NCBI GenBank assembly: GCA_013152815.1
Contig: JAADFO010000020.1
Span: 1 to 42,058, forward strand
Reading direction: 5' to 3'
DNA length: 42,058 bases
Source: Nanobdellati archaeon
GTDB lineage: Archaea > Nanobdellota > Nanobdellia > Woesearchaeales > JAADFO01
Shown: positions 8,585-18,189 of the stretch, in pieces
Layout: each line of letters begins with the position of its first letter
Numbering within the stretch: the stretch's first letter is position 1
Translations under genes and position numbers: made by a program
Notes under the pieces: generated by a model
What the model was told of the DNA's origin: nothing
The model's input: only the letters and a program-made list of their open reading frames with translations
Databases searched by the model: none

Positions 8585-10408
8585 ATGAAACTCCGAAATG
8601 TGCTCCCTCTTGCAGGCCAGATCCTTCTGGCGGTCATCACATTGATGTCTGTCCTCGGAAGAGAGGCAGGACTGCCGAGAGGGCTCTTCTGGGCATCGGT
8701 CTGGATACTGGTCATCAGCACCTTCATTCTGATACACAGGCAGCCGAAACCTGTCAAGATAGGTGCGCTCATCGTGCTGGCACTGACCATCTCACTTATC
8801 CACACCGCCGCGCTTCCCCAGCCCTGGCAGCTGGGACGTGACGGCTATTTCGAGACGCAATATGCAGACCTGCTCGCCAAAGGAGGCATCTGGGATCCCA
8901 CATTGGGGACCGGATTCGCCGAGGACTACTACGGCCATAATCCAGGCGTGCATATGGTCATGGCAGGTCTCTCCCTGACCACAGGCATCGACATCTTCCT
9001 GCTCTCGAAATACGTCCTCTTCGCTCTCTTCCGGCTGCTCCTGGTCGGATTCGCCTATCTGGTCATCGACGCCCTGCTCGGCAGGGAAAGGGAGGAGGTC
9101 ACCTTCCTTGCCACGCTCATCTTCATCGGGTCTGCAGGACTGGCCTTTGTCGGCGTCTCACGACGGACCATGGGCGCATTCTTCGCTCTCCTCGCGCTCT
9201 ATGCGCTCATCAACTACACCAAAGAACCGACCAGGGCAAGATGGCACATCCTCTTCGGCGTCTTCGGTACCCTGCTCGTCATCTCTGACCACACCAGCTC
9301 CTACTTCTTCCTCAGCTTCCTCCTGGGCTACTGGCTCTATTCGCTCTTCGTGAACACCCTCCTCCGGCGCAGGATGGAAAGACGCCTGCCGACGCCGCTC
9401 TTCTTCCTCATCTTCTTCACCGGAATCCTGTTCGTCTGGGAGGTCTATGTGAGCAAGGTCCTCATCATGACCGACATCTCCTACATCGACAAGCTCATGG
9501 GCATCGTCGCATCAGGGTTCGGACTCGGCTCTTCTGCCGGCGTCTCTGCAGCACTGCCTCATTCCTACTATCTTTGGGAGATCATAATGGTCTATGCGGC
9601 CCAGGTCATCTTTGTCCTCCTGGGCGGCATCGGCTTTCTCACCATGCTCACGCTCAGTCTCATGAAGCGACGCAGAGGAAAGAAGCTCGATCCCACCGCA
9701 GTCCTCTTCATCTACTTCGCGGTCTTCGGATTCATCATGTACCTTATCTCCTCGCTCTTCATCGTCACCGGATTGACGGTCGCAGGCAACATCCTGCTCT
9801 GGTTCTACGGCATCCCCATAGCCATGCTCATGGCCATGTTCCTCCGGGGCAACATCAGGAAGCTCTTCTCAGGAAAGCTCTACCTGCCGCTGGTCTCGAT
9901 CATCCTGGTCCTGCTGTTCACCGGTTCCCTGTTCATGGGCATCTATACGCCGCGGGTGGTCAACCGCATAGGCGATGACGGCCTGGTCCTGGGCGACGAC
10001 CCACGGGCGAGGACAGGGGAACTGGTCTCGGCGGGCAGATGGCTGCGGGGTTTTGACGGCCGCAGAGCGAAGATCCTCGGAGACACCGAAGTCTTTGAGA
10101 TCTTCTCCGGCATGTATCGCTTCGACGTCAACAACTATCCTGCCTGGCTTGTCCCGCTCTATACAGGAGATGACCAGGACCTGCGGGACATGGTCTTCCG
10201 GACCCACACCTTCGGCACCTATGAGCATGTCTTCACCCGTTCCCGCCTGGACTACATCGTCATCAACGACGAATATCTCAGATATCCGAGCGAGCTCTTC
10301 AAGGGAAAGCTTGAGAACAATACCCTGGGACGCTATGACCGCTCACCCTTCTTCGACCGGCTCTACGACAACGGCCAGATGACCATCTATGCGATCGAAA
10401 GGAGCTAG
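8585..10408 (+). CDS. Large polytopic membrane protein (DUF2206-like; candidate GT-C transferase or Wzy-like polymerase)
   Basis: Many TM helices, early loop with GRDGYFE, soluble C-terminal domain ending RLYDNG. Confidence 0.7.
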   Translation: MKLRNVLPLAGQILLAVITLMSVLGREAGLPRGLFWASVWILVISTFILIHRQPKPVKIGALIVLALTISLIHTAALPQPWQLGRDGYFETQYADLLAKGGIWDPTLGTGFAEDYYGHNPGVHMVMAGLSLTTGIDIFLLSKYVLFALFRLLLVGFAYLVIDALLGREREEVTFLATLIFIGSAGLAFVGVSRRTMGAFFALLALYALINYTKEPTRARWHILFGVFGTLLVISDHTSSYFFLSFLLGYWLYSLFVNTLLRRRMERRLPTPLFFLIFFTGILFVWEVYVSKVLIMTDISYIDKLMGIVASGFGLGSSAGVSAALPHSYYLWEIIMVYAAQVIFVLLGGIGFLTMLTLSLMKRRRGKKLDPTAVLFIYFAVFGFIMYLISSLFIVTGLTVAGNILLWFYGIPIAMLMAMFLRGNIRKLFSGKLYLPLVSIILVLLFTGSLFMGIYTPRVVNRIGDDGLVLGDDPRARTGELVSAGRWLRGFDGRRAKILGDTEVFEIFSGMYRFDVNNYPAWLVPLYTGDDQDLRDMVFRTHTFGTYEHVFTRSRLDYIVINDEYLRYPSELFKGKLENNTLGRYDRSPFFDRLYDNGQMTIYAIERS

Positions 10409-10422
10409 GAGGCGGTGAAAGG

Positions 10423-11511
10423 ATGCCACCGATCATCTCCATGACTGCAGGAAAGGCGAAACACTTCGTTGTCAAGACCGCATCCAGGATCGGCCTTCTC
10501 CAGACCACCATCCTACTCAAACGATCGATGCGCGATCCGGTGACCATCCTCATGTACCACCGGATAGCAGAAGAAGGCAAAGACGACGGTTTCTGCGACG
10601 AGGTGGTCTCTGCGACAAAGGGACAGTTCGACCAGCAGATGAGGTTTCTCTCAGAACAGTGCAGGGTCATCTCACTGAAGGAAGCCCTCAAAGAGATGCG
10701 AAGAGGACAGCAGACCAGCCGGAGCATCGGTGAACGGCTCCATCACCCCCGGGTGGCGATCACTTTCGACGACGGCTATCATGACAATTACCGTGTCGCT
10801 TTCCCCATCCTTCGGAGACACAGGATCCCTGCAACCATCTTCCTGACGACCGGATTCATCGGGGCCAAGGAGATCCCCTGGTGGGACAGGCTCGCATACA
10901 TCATGAAGCACACAGACAGAGAGACCATCGACAGGGCAACGTCTGTCTCACTCATGGTGGAGGAGAACAGGGAAAAGAAAAAAGGCGGCCCGAAGGACCC
11001 GAAACACCTCATCCCGGTCATGCTCCGGAGACTCAAGCAGATGGGCCCTGAAGAGCGGGAAAAGATGCTCAGGACGCTGGAACGGGAATGCAAGACCACG
11101 TTTCCTAAGACCCGGCTGTTCATGGACTGGAACGAGATCAGGGAGATGCAGGAACATCATATCGATTTCGGAGCCCACACGGTGACCCATCCGATGCTTA
11201 CGCACATCCCATCGGAAGAAGCGAGGAAAGAGATCGTCCTGTCCCGACAGGAGATAGAGAAGGAGACCGGGACAAGGACTGCCCTGTTCGCCTATCCCAA
11301 CGGGACAGCAAGGGATATGGACCAGGCCATCGCGACGGTCCTGAAAAGAGAAGGTTTTCTCGGGGCAGTGTCCACGTGCTATGGCACAAATACCCGTAGG
11401 TCTGACCCCTGGAGACTCAGGAGGGTCGGCATCAGCAGGGACGACGATATGGACATCTTCCGAGCCAAGCTGGCAGGGCTGGGAGAAGGCATCATGAAGA
11501 ACGCAGCATGA
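10423..11511 (+). CDS. Polysaccharide deacetylase (CE4/NodB)
   Basis: ILMYHRI, ITFDDGY, GAHTVTHP, FAYPNG motifs; GGAGG/GGTGA SD upstream. Confidence 0.95.
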   Translation: MPPIISMTAGKAKHFVVKTASRIGLLQTTILLKRSMRDPVTILMYHRIAEEGKDDGFCDEVVSATKGQFDQQMRFLSEQCRVISLKEALKEMRRGQQTSRSIGERLHHPRVAITFDDGYHDNYRVAFPILRRHRIPATIFLTTGFIGAKEIPWWDRLAYIMKHTDRETIDRATSVSLMVEENREKKKGGPKDPKHLIPVMLRRLKQMGPEEREKMLRTLERECKTTFPKTRLFMDWNEIREMQEHHIDFGAHTVTHPMLTHIPSEEARKEIVLSRQEIEKETGTRTALFAYPNGTARDMDQAIATVLKREGFLGAVSTCYGTNTRRSDPWRLRRVGISRDDDMDIFRAKLAGLGEGIMKNAA

Positions 11512-11601
11512 ACGGCATGAATAGCATGAACGGGTTGCTGCGTCGCTTATCCGCTTTGCTTATCTTATTTGAGTGTGCTTTGCTTATCCGAGCATCTTTG
11601 C

Positions 11602-12825
11602 TTATTTGAGTATGGATGCGATGATACGTTCATATTCCCCGATGAAAACATCCAGGGTGTAATGCTCCTGAAAGATCTTCCTGATACGCCCTGGATCATA
11701 TCTTTTTCTGTCGAAAGAAGCGATGACCTTCCTCAGGGCGAGGGGATCATCTCGGGGAACGATGAGCCTTTCATCGATACGGCCGATCATCTCAGGGATG
11801 CCGCCGACATCGGTGCCGATGGAAGGCGTGCCCTGGGCCATGGCCTCGAGGATGGTCAGAGGAGCGTTCTCCGGACTGGAGGAAGGCAGGATGAACGCCT
11901 CTGCATGATGGAAATAAGATCCTATGCGGTTTCCCGGGATGAACCCCAGATGGTGTATCCGATGCGCAAGATCGTTGCCTTCGATGAACCTCTTCACCCA
12001 GGGATCGAGCGAACCTGTTCCTGCGAGGATGAGATGCCTGCCAGGAAGCCCTCTGAATGCCTCCAGCAGGACCTTGATGCCCTTGGTCTCTTCCATCATG
12101 CCTGCGAAGAAGAAATAAGGATCCTTCTGCACAGGGTCAAGAGCCAGGACATCAACAGGACCGGTGTTCGGTTCAGGAACGAAATTGGACAGCCGGCGTA
12201 TAGGTGTTTGAATGCCCTGACGTCTGAGGAACCCTTTGATATAGTCGGAGGGCGTGAGGATGAGCCGTATCTGCTCCAGACCATCCTGCAGAGCATCGCC
12301 GAAACGCCAGAGCTGAGGAGGACGCCCGTGGTGCATCAGGCACCTTGCACAGGTCAGGGGAGACGGTGTCTTCCGGCAGATATCATGGTCGCGGTAGAAG
12401 CCGTTCAGAGGACAGACCAGCCAATGGTCATGGGCCGTATAGATCTTGGGAGCGCTGCCGAGGGAAAAGATCCTGGGACCGAGGAGCGAGATGTTATGGT
12501 AATGGATGAGATCATAGTCCTGATCCATGACCTCTCTGACCTCACGGGGGAAGACGATGCTGCCGGAGACATAGGTCACGAGCGGACCGAGACGGCCAAG
12601 AGGGGTGGAGATCTCATGGAGCAGAACATTTCGGTGGTTGGGATAGTCCTTCCTGTCCGGCGTGCCGCTCCGTTTCAGGTAATAGGCGTCCTTGCTGTAG
12701 AGCACATGGACCTCATGACCTGCCCGCGCAAGACCGTTGGCCAGATAATAGGCATGGGTGCATGCGCCTCCCACATGGAACGGAGGATAGAATGAGGTCA
12801 CGATGAGTATCTTCAATGGTCTCAT
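11602..12825 (-). CDS. GT4 glycosyltransferase
   Basis: FYPP..VGG, HDHWLVCP, KG, ENAPLTILEAMAQG (Ex7E). Confidence 0.95.
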   Translation of the reverse strand: MRPLKILIVTSFYPPFHVGGACTHAYYLANGLARAGHEVHVLYSKDAYYLKRSGTPDRKDYPNHRNVLLHEISTPLGRLGPLVTYVSGSIVFPREVREVMDQDYDLIHYHNISLLGPRIFSLGSAPKIYTAHDHWLVCPLNGFYRDHDICRKTPSPLTCARCLMHHGRPPQLWRFGDALQDGLEQIRLILTPSDYIKGFLRRQGIQTPIRRLSNFVPEPNTGPVDVLALDPVQKDPYFFFAGMMEETKGIKVLLEAFRGLPGRHLILAGTGSLDPWVKRFIEGNDLAHRIHHLGFIPGNRIGSYFHHAEAFILPSSSPENAPLTILEAMAQGTPSIGTDVGGIPEMIGRIDERLIVPRDDPLALRKVIASFDRKRYDPGRIRKIFQEHYTLDVFIGEYERIIASILK

Positions 12826-14108
12826 GGACGTCGCCTCCTGTCAGCCTTGTTCCGGGAGCCGGCCTTTTTTTTACTGCGGGAAGGATGCGCCGCCAGTATC
12901 TTCTCATAGAAGGCATGGGTCTTCCTGGCCATGTCCTTCACATCGAAGCGTCGCGCGTTCCTGCGTCCTTCACGCGCAAGCCGTTCCCGGAGGGAGCTGT
13001 CCTCTCCAAGAAGACGGATGGCTGCCGCCAGCTGAAGATGATGACCTGGCTGCACAAGGATGCCGTCACTGCCGTCGTCGATGATCTCGTCGACGCTTCC
13101 GACATCAGAAGCGATGGGGACGCAGCCGGAAGCCTGCGCTTCCATCAGGGTGATGGGCAGGTTCTCGGTGAAAGAGGGGAGCACGAAGAGGTCTGCCGAC
13201 GCATAGAGCGCAGGCAGCAACGAATTGTCCACGTGGCCGAGGTAGCGGATGTCTGCGTGGTCTGCGCCATGTCGGTGACGCAGTTCCGAGAGGAATCTGC
13301 TGTCGCCGCGTCCTGCGAGGAGATAGGTGTAATGGGTCCCTGTCGCCTCGAGCTCTGCGATGGCCCGCATCAGTATGTCGATGCCCTTCAGGGCGATGAG
13401 CCGTCCTGCGAAAAGGACGGTCGTCTTCTTCCGGTCATGGAGCGCGGGGAAGAGACGTTCACAACGCCCCTGCGTCCAGCGTCTCTTCCGATAGGCCGCG
13501 AGGTCTATGCTGTTATGGATGACCTTGACAGGCCCTCTGAAACCATAGTCTTTCCGAAGGATGGTCTGGTAACGTGAAGAGACTGCTATGGCCGCATCGG
13601 TCTTTTTCATGTAGTGCCGTTCCATCAGCCGGATGTAGGGATAGGCCAGGAGGGAGAGCCGCTCGCTTGGAGCCATACGGAAGAAGGGTGTCCTGCTGAG
13701 AAGACTTCCGCTCACCTGACCACGGATGGTGGTGTGGACAGTCACGATGGAGGGGATGTCTGCTTTCTTGAATTTGAGAAAGATGTCAGGCATGTGGACC
13801 AGGTTGGCTGCGTGGACGAGATCGAACCCAAACGTTCTGTGGAGCCTGCGAAAACCTGACCAGAGGGCTGTCTGGAACTTCAGGTTATAGACGAAGGTAT
13901 CCTTCGCCAGAGAGATCGTGTGGATATGTACCTGCTTGTTGAACATCTGGTCCACAGAAGCCTTTCGCTGTTCGTCCTGGACGTCGGGGGTGATGACATG
14001 GATCTCCAGCCCGGGAAGCGCCATCAGGCCCCTTATCAGCGCAAGCGAATAGGAGCCTACACCGCCCCAGGCATGGTAGAATTCAGGCGCAAGAAAAGCT
14101 ATTCTCAT
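12822..14108 (-). CDS. GT4 glycosyltransferase
   Basis: GGVG, AGRLIALKG, PSFTENLPITLMEAQASG. Confidence 0.95.
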   Translation of the reverse strand: MRIAFLAPEFYHAWGGVGSYSLALIRGLMALPGLEIHVITPDVQDEQRKASVDQMFNKQVHIHTISLAKDTFVYNLKFQTALWSGFRRLHRTFGFDLVHAANLVHMPDIFLKFKKADIPSIVTVHTTIRGQVSGSLLSRTPFFRMAPSERLSLLAYPYIRLMERHYMKKTDAAIAVSSRYQTILRKDYGFRGPVKVIHNSIDLAAYRKRRWTQGRCERLFPALHDRKKTTVLFAGRLIALKGIDILMRAIAELEATGTHYTYLLAGRGDSRFLSELRHRHGADHADIRYLGHVDNSLLPALYASADLFVLPSFTENLPITLMEAQASGCVPIASDVGSVDEIIDDGSDGILVQPGHHLQLAAAIRLLGEDSSLRERLAREGRRNARRFDVKDMARKTHAFYEKILAAHPSRSKKKAGSRNKADRRRRP

Positions 14109-14256
14109 GGTAGTTCCTCGGATTGCCGCATCATAGGATGCTCTAGGACATTGATTTTTACTACTACATAATGTTATTTAGGTGTTACCACTATAAACCG
14201 ATAACTATTTAAATACTTTGTGTTTTTTCCACAGAGAGGAACAGGAGGAACACCAA

Positions 14257-15213
14257 ATGAACATTCTCGTCACCGGCGGAGCAGGATTCATAGGAAGCCA
14301 TGTCGTCGACCTTCTCCTGAAGAAGAAGCACAAAGTCGTCGTCATCGACAACCTCTGCAACGGCAGCATCAGGAACGTCAATGACAGGGCCATCTTCTTC
14401 CGCTTCGACATAACCTCATCCTCCATCGAAGCGCTCTTCAGGAACAACCATTTCGATGCAGTCATCCATCTCGCCGCCCATATCGATGCCAGAGCATCCC
14501 TGCAAAAACCGCTTCTGGACGCCAGGACCAACATCCTGGGAAGCCTCAACATCATCGACCTCTGCATCAGGTACAAGGTGAAGAGGTTCATCTATGCCTC
14601 ATCTGCAGCGGTCTACGGCAATCCGGAATACCTGCCCATGGACGAAAGACATCCCATACGTCCGATCAACAATTACGGCATCTCCAAACAGGTAGTGGAA
14701 CACTATCTCGATGTCGCCCACAGGATCTCAGGCATGGAATATGTCATCCTGCGCTTCTCCAACGTCTACGGCCCGAGACAGGGAGGGATGGGAGAGGCAG
14801 GGGTCATCGCCAAGTTCCTCAGGCAGATCATCGACAAGAGACCCATCACCGTCAACGGCGACGGACGCCAGACCAGGGACTTCATCTATGTCAAGGATGT
14901 GGCAAAGGCCATCTCGCTCTGCCTCAGGAAGCGGCCGAAACGACGCATCATGAACATCTCCACAGACGTCGAGATACCCCTCAACCAGATCGTCGAGATC
15001 ATCAGACATGCGCTCAAGGAGCCCATCAGGAAGAAGCACGCTCCGGCGCATCCGGGTGATGTGCAGCGGAGCCGCATGGACAACCATGTGGCAAGGACCC
15101 AGCTCAACTGGCACCCGGAGACAGACATCGAGGAAGGGATACACGAGACCGTCGTCTTCTTCAGGAAGCAGAAAGCCGCCCCAAAGAGAAGGAAGGAGCT
15201 CAGAGAGAGATAG
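14257..15213 (+). CDS. NAD-dependent epimerase/dehydratase (UDP-glucose 4-epimerase-like)
   Basis: GGAGFIG, SSAAVYG, YGISK, NVYGPRQ, RDFIYV; GGAGG SD before ATG 14257. Confidence 0.93.
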   Translation: MNILVTGGAGFIGSHVVDLLLKKKHKVVVIDNLCNGSIRNVNDRAIFFRFDITSSSIEALFRNNHFDAVIHLAAHIDARASLQKPLLDARTNILGSLNIIDLCIRYKVKRFIYASSAAVYGNPEYLPMDERHPIRPINNYGISKQVVEHYLDVAHRISGMEYVILRFSNVYGPRQGGMGEAGVIAKFLRQIIDKRPITVNGDGRQTRDFIYVKDVAKAISLCLRKRPKRRIMNISTDVEIPLNQIVEIIRHALKEPIRKKHAPAHPGDVQRSRMDNHVARTQLNWHPETDIEEGIHETVVFFRKQKAAPKRRKELRER

Positions 15214-15302
15214 GGGATCGGCAGAGTTCTTCATACGCACAGAGTTCTTCATACACACAGAGTTCATTTAGGGTCCATTCGGAGTTCGCTCAGAGTCCGC
15301 AC

Positions 15303-16778
15303 TCACAGCAGCCTGAGGATCTTCACTTCATAGGGCTTAAAATTGAGCACGCTGCCCTCTGATCCGCCGCTGATGAGATTGTCGAATCCGGAAAAGGAGA
15401 CACCTTTCACGAGCACAGAGACATGGTGCTGATATTTCCCTTCTTTGTTGACAAGGATGAGGAACCTGCCTTCGGATGTCGACGTGGCAATCCCTTTGAT
15501 GGCCGGGGTTTCAGTGAGCGGAAAGAGCGCTGCTCCGCGTGGAACAGCTCTCATCAGACCCGCGAAGACAGGAAAATCATCGAATTTCTTTCCCCTGATG
15601 TCCACCACGCCGAAACCGTCGTCTTCGACCGAGGTGAACTTGTAGAACTGATGCCCTGAGATCGCTCTGCTCCGCACCATGTTGACGACATCCAGGGCGA
15701 GGATGGCAGCACCTTCCTTTCCCGCCATCTCCCGGGCATACTTCTTGCCGGTATGGAGATTGTGTTCACCGATGTAGAGCGGGATGGACGCCCTGGGCTC
15801 GCCCAGGGTATCGAGGAATGCCCGAAGGGCCAGAGGCCCGTCGTAGAAGAGCCGTCTGCTGTTCTGGAAGAACGCGTCCATGTTGTCGGCGGTCTGATAG
15901 CTCGCATAGAGATGGTAGGACGCCCGCAGATGGGGGACCAGCCGGTCGTCCAGGGAACGGTAGAACCGTTCAGTATCAGGATTCCGTCGATGGCCGTCAT
16001 AGTAGGGGAACACGTTTGCAGAGATGGTGATGCCAGGATAACGATCCACCAGGGCGAGACCGATGTCGTTGATGACATCGGCGTAGGACATGCCCAGATT
16101 TGCGAACGTATCCACATCTGGTTCGTTCCATATCTCGATGACCACCTTGTTGTTGCCTATGGCTTCAGGGGATCGGTAGAGGATGTAGTCCACCAGCTGG
16201 AGGACATAGCGTCTGAACTCAGGGTATTTGCCGGTGTGGATGCCCAGCTTGTTCTTCTCAGGGGAGAGCGGACCTGCACCTTCCGGCAGCAGGGTGTCAG
16301 GAGCATGGGCTATCACGAAGGTCATCTCTGCCCCGGTCGCCTTGGCCTCTGCGAGCATCCTGTCGATGGTCTTCAGGTCGGGATCATCCTTGAAATCCGA
16401 CGGGAGGGTTGTCGGCTTGCCGTACTTCACCTTCCACCATGGCCGGAAGAGCCAGTAGCGGACCGTGTCGAAATGGAAACCGTTCCGGTAGACGTCCACC
16501 ACAGGAACCCTGTCGATACCGATGGCCGTCGCCTCGTTGATGCCATGGGCAAGGATGCTGGTGCCTGTACTGGTCGAGAAGTCGGCAGCTATCGTGGACG
16601 ATGATGCCCTGTTGAACAGAGGGATGCTGGTGACCTCATACTGCGCATAGGAGAAGAGACGTTCTCCGTATTGGAGCGGCCCTTCCGCATCGTTGTCAAG
16701 ATACCAGAGAAGGGAATATCCCACAAGCACGAGAAGAAGGACAGCAGAGGATATCCTGAGGAGACGGGAAAGACGCAA
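15303..16778 (-). CDS. Membrane-anchored glycoside hydrolase, GH39-like (clan GH-A)
   Basis: N-terminal TM anchor; EIWNEPD, SYHLY and YIGEHN motifs; beta-rich C-terminus; GGTGAT SD before TTG. Confidence 0.75.
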   Translation of the reverse strand: MRLSRLLRISSAVLLLVLVGYSLLWYLDNDAEGPLQYGERLFSYAQYEVTSIPLFNRASSSTIAADFSTSTGTSILAHGINEATAIGIDRVPVVDVYRNGFHFDTVRYWLFRPWWKVKYGKPTTLPSDFKDDPDLKTIDRMLAEAKATGAEMTFVIAHAPDTLLPEGAGPLSPEKNKLGIHTGKYPEFRRYVLQLVDYILYRSPEAIGNNKVVIEIWNEPDVDTFANLGMSYADVINDIGLALVDRYPGITISANVFPYYDGHRRNPDTERFYRSLDDRLVPHLRASYHLYASYQTADNMDAFFQNSRRLFYDGPLALRAFLDTLGEPRASIPLYIGEHNLHTGKKYAREMAGKEGAAILALDVVNMVRSRAISGHQFYKFTSVEDDGFGVVDIRGKKFDDFPVFAGLMRAVPRGAALFPLTETPAIKGIATSTSEGRFLILVNKEGKYQHHVSVLVKGVSFSGFDNLISGGSEGSVLNFKPYEVKILRLL

Positions 16779-16784
16779 CAGACA

Positions 16785-17099
16785 TCACCATCCCTGTCGG
16801 CTTCCGGGTCGATGACGCCCGCCTCTGCTCATGACATAGATGATCTCCAGCAGGATGACCGAGACCAGCAGCAGCGTGAGGACAAGCGATAAAGAAGTGA
16901 TGCCTCTTACCGATGCCAGGATACCGATGTAGCTCAACAGGAAAGAGGCAGTTATGGTGATGACCAGGCTCAGCCCTATGCCCAGGATGGCCTTGGACAT
17001 CGCATCATGGTCCGGGAAGAGGAGCAGGGCCAGGAGATAGCCGGGAACGAAGAGGACGAGGAGGATGCCCAGGGATGCCAGGAGCAGTTCGAGGATCAT
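16785..17099 (-). CDS. DUF1616 N-terminal (membrane) half
   Basis: LGILLVLFVPGYLLALLLFP...LGIGLSL pattern; ATGA overlap with the upstream gene. Confidence 0.7.
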   Translation of the reverse strand: MILELLLASLGILLVLFVPGYLLALLLFPDHDAMSKAILGIGLSLVITITASFLLSYIGILASVRGITSLSLVLTLLLVSVILLEIIYVMSRGGRHRPGSRQGW

Positions 17100-17500
17100 C
17101 TGACCGTCACCCATTGCTGTATCTGTTGGCCGAGGTCAGGAAGAACGACCTCCATGTGCAAAGGATCGCCGGATGCTTTCCCGCTGACCTTGAGCTCCAA
17201 CGTGATGGCCTGTTCCTTTGATGCAGGAATCGATATGGTTTCTTCGTCCACCACCGAACCGTCGGCAAGGACACGATAGGCATAGTCCATGGGCTTCCCT
17301 TCATGGTTGGTGATGGTGAAGGAGAAGGGATATGCCTGGCCGTCTGTCACGGTCTGAGGCAGGATCTTTCCTTTGACAAAGCCCAGTTCAGTGAACGCAT
17401 CTGCCCTGTGGAGCCCTTCCCATGCAGAAGGAGCGAGAAGGACCGTCAAGAATAGCAGGAACGCGACGACGGTGAGCGTGAAGAGAGGGGGGCTGTCCAT
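17096..17500 (-). CDS. DUF1616 C-terminal (extracellular beta) half with TM anchor
   Basis: FTELGF...P...G...F.ITNHEG...Y.Y.V pattern; TATA TTTATAAA at about 17523-17530. Confidence 0.7.
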   Translation of the reverse strand: MDSPPLFTLTVVAFLLFLTVLLAPSAWEGLHRADAFTELGFVKGKILPQTVTDGQAYPFSFTITNHEGKPMDYAYRVLADGSVVDEETISIPASKEQAITLELKVSGKASGDPLHMEVVLPDLGQQIQQWVTVR

Positions 17501-17581
17501 GACCCTGAAGAACCACTACCCCTTTATAAATCTTAGGTTTTTTACTACTACACAATAACAGCAGACGGCCTGGTCGTGGCA

Positions 17582-18118
17582 TCACTTCTTGAGCCGGGAG
17601 ACCTTTGTCTTGTCTGAGATGATGGCAGAATTGCCGGTGGGATCCTCGATGATGAGCTTGAGCTTCTCATGGCCCCACATGACCTTCTGGAGTTTCTTGA
17701 GCAGGTTCTTCGCTTTCTTCTTGACAGCAGCGTCATCTTCCTGCTCCACTGCCGCTTCGATCTGATGCTTCATCCTGTTCAGTATGCCTTCCACGTTGGA
17801 GACGAAGCCATTGGAAGCGACTCCGGGGGTTATGGAACCGACATGAGGCAATCTTACTGTCGCATGAGACGATTTGATGATACGGATGTTCATGTCTTCT
17901 TCAGTAGAGATCTCAAGTTCGGCCTTCATCGGTTCTTTCTTCTCCGCAGCCTCCACATCGGCCTGATGATAATGGCAGCTGGAACAGTTCATGGAAAAGA
18001 TGTAGACCCTGCCGAAGTAGGGGATCTCCCGCTCATCCTCCATCAGAGTAAGGGTCTTCTTCTTGCACATGGGACAGGCCTGACCCTGGATGATATCTGG
18101 TGCGGACTCTTCTGCCAT
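17582..18118 (-). CDS. ZPR1 zinc-finger protein (archaeal single module)
   Basis: CPMC...IPYFG...CSSC, NVEG, IEDPTGNSAI. Confidence 0.95.
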   Translation of the reverse strand: MAEESAPDIIQGQACPMCKKKTLTLMEDEREIPYFGRVYIFSMNCSSCHYHQADVEAAEKKEPMKAELEISTEEDMNIRIIKSSHATVRLPHVGSITPGVASNGFVSNVEGILNRMKHQIEAAVEQEDDAAVKKKAKNLLKKLQKVMWGHEKLKLIIEDPTGNSAIISDKTKVSRLKK

Positions 18119-18189
18119 AGGTTGAATCCTGCAAAGCCAGTTATTTAAGGTTTTTGGTGAAGAGAAAAACAGGGAAGAGCATCCTGCGC

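Noticed and set aside
11569..13577. Long plus-strand ORFs (408 and 253 aa)
   Set aside because: Antisense shadows of the GT4 genes, expected from codon bias
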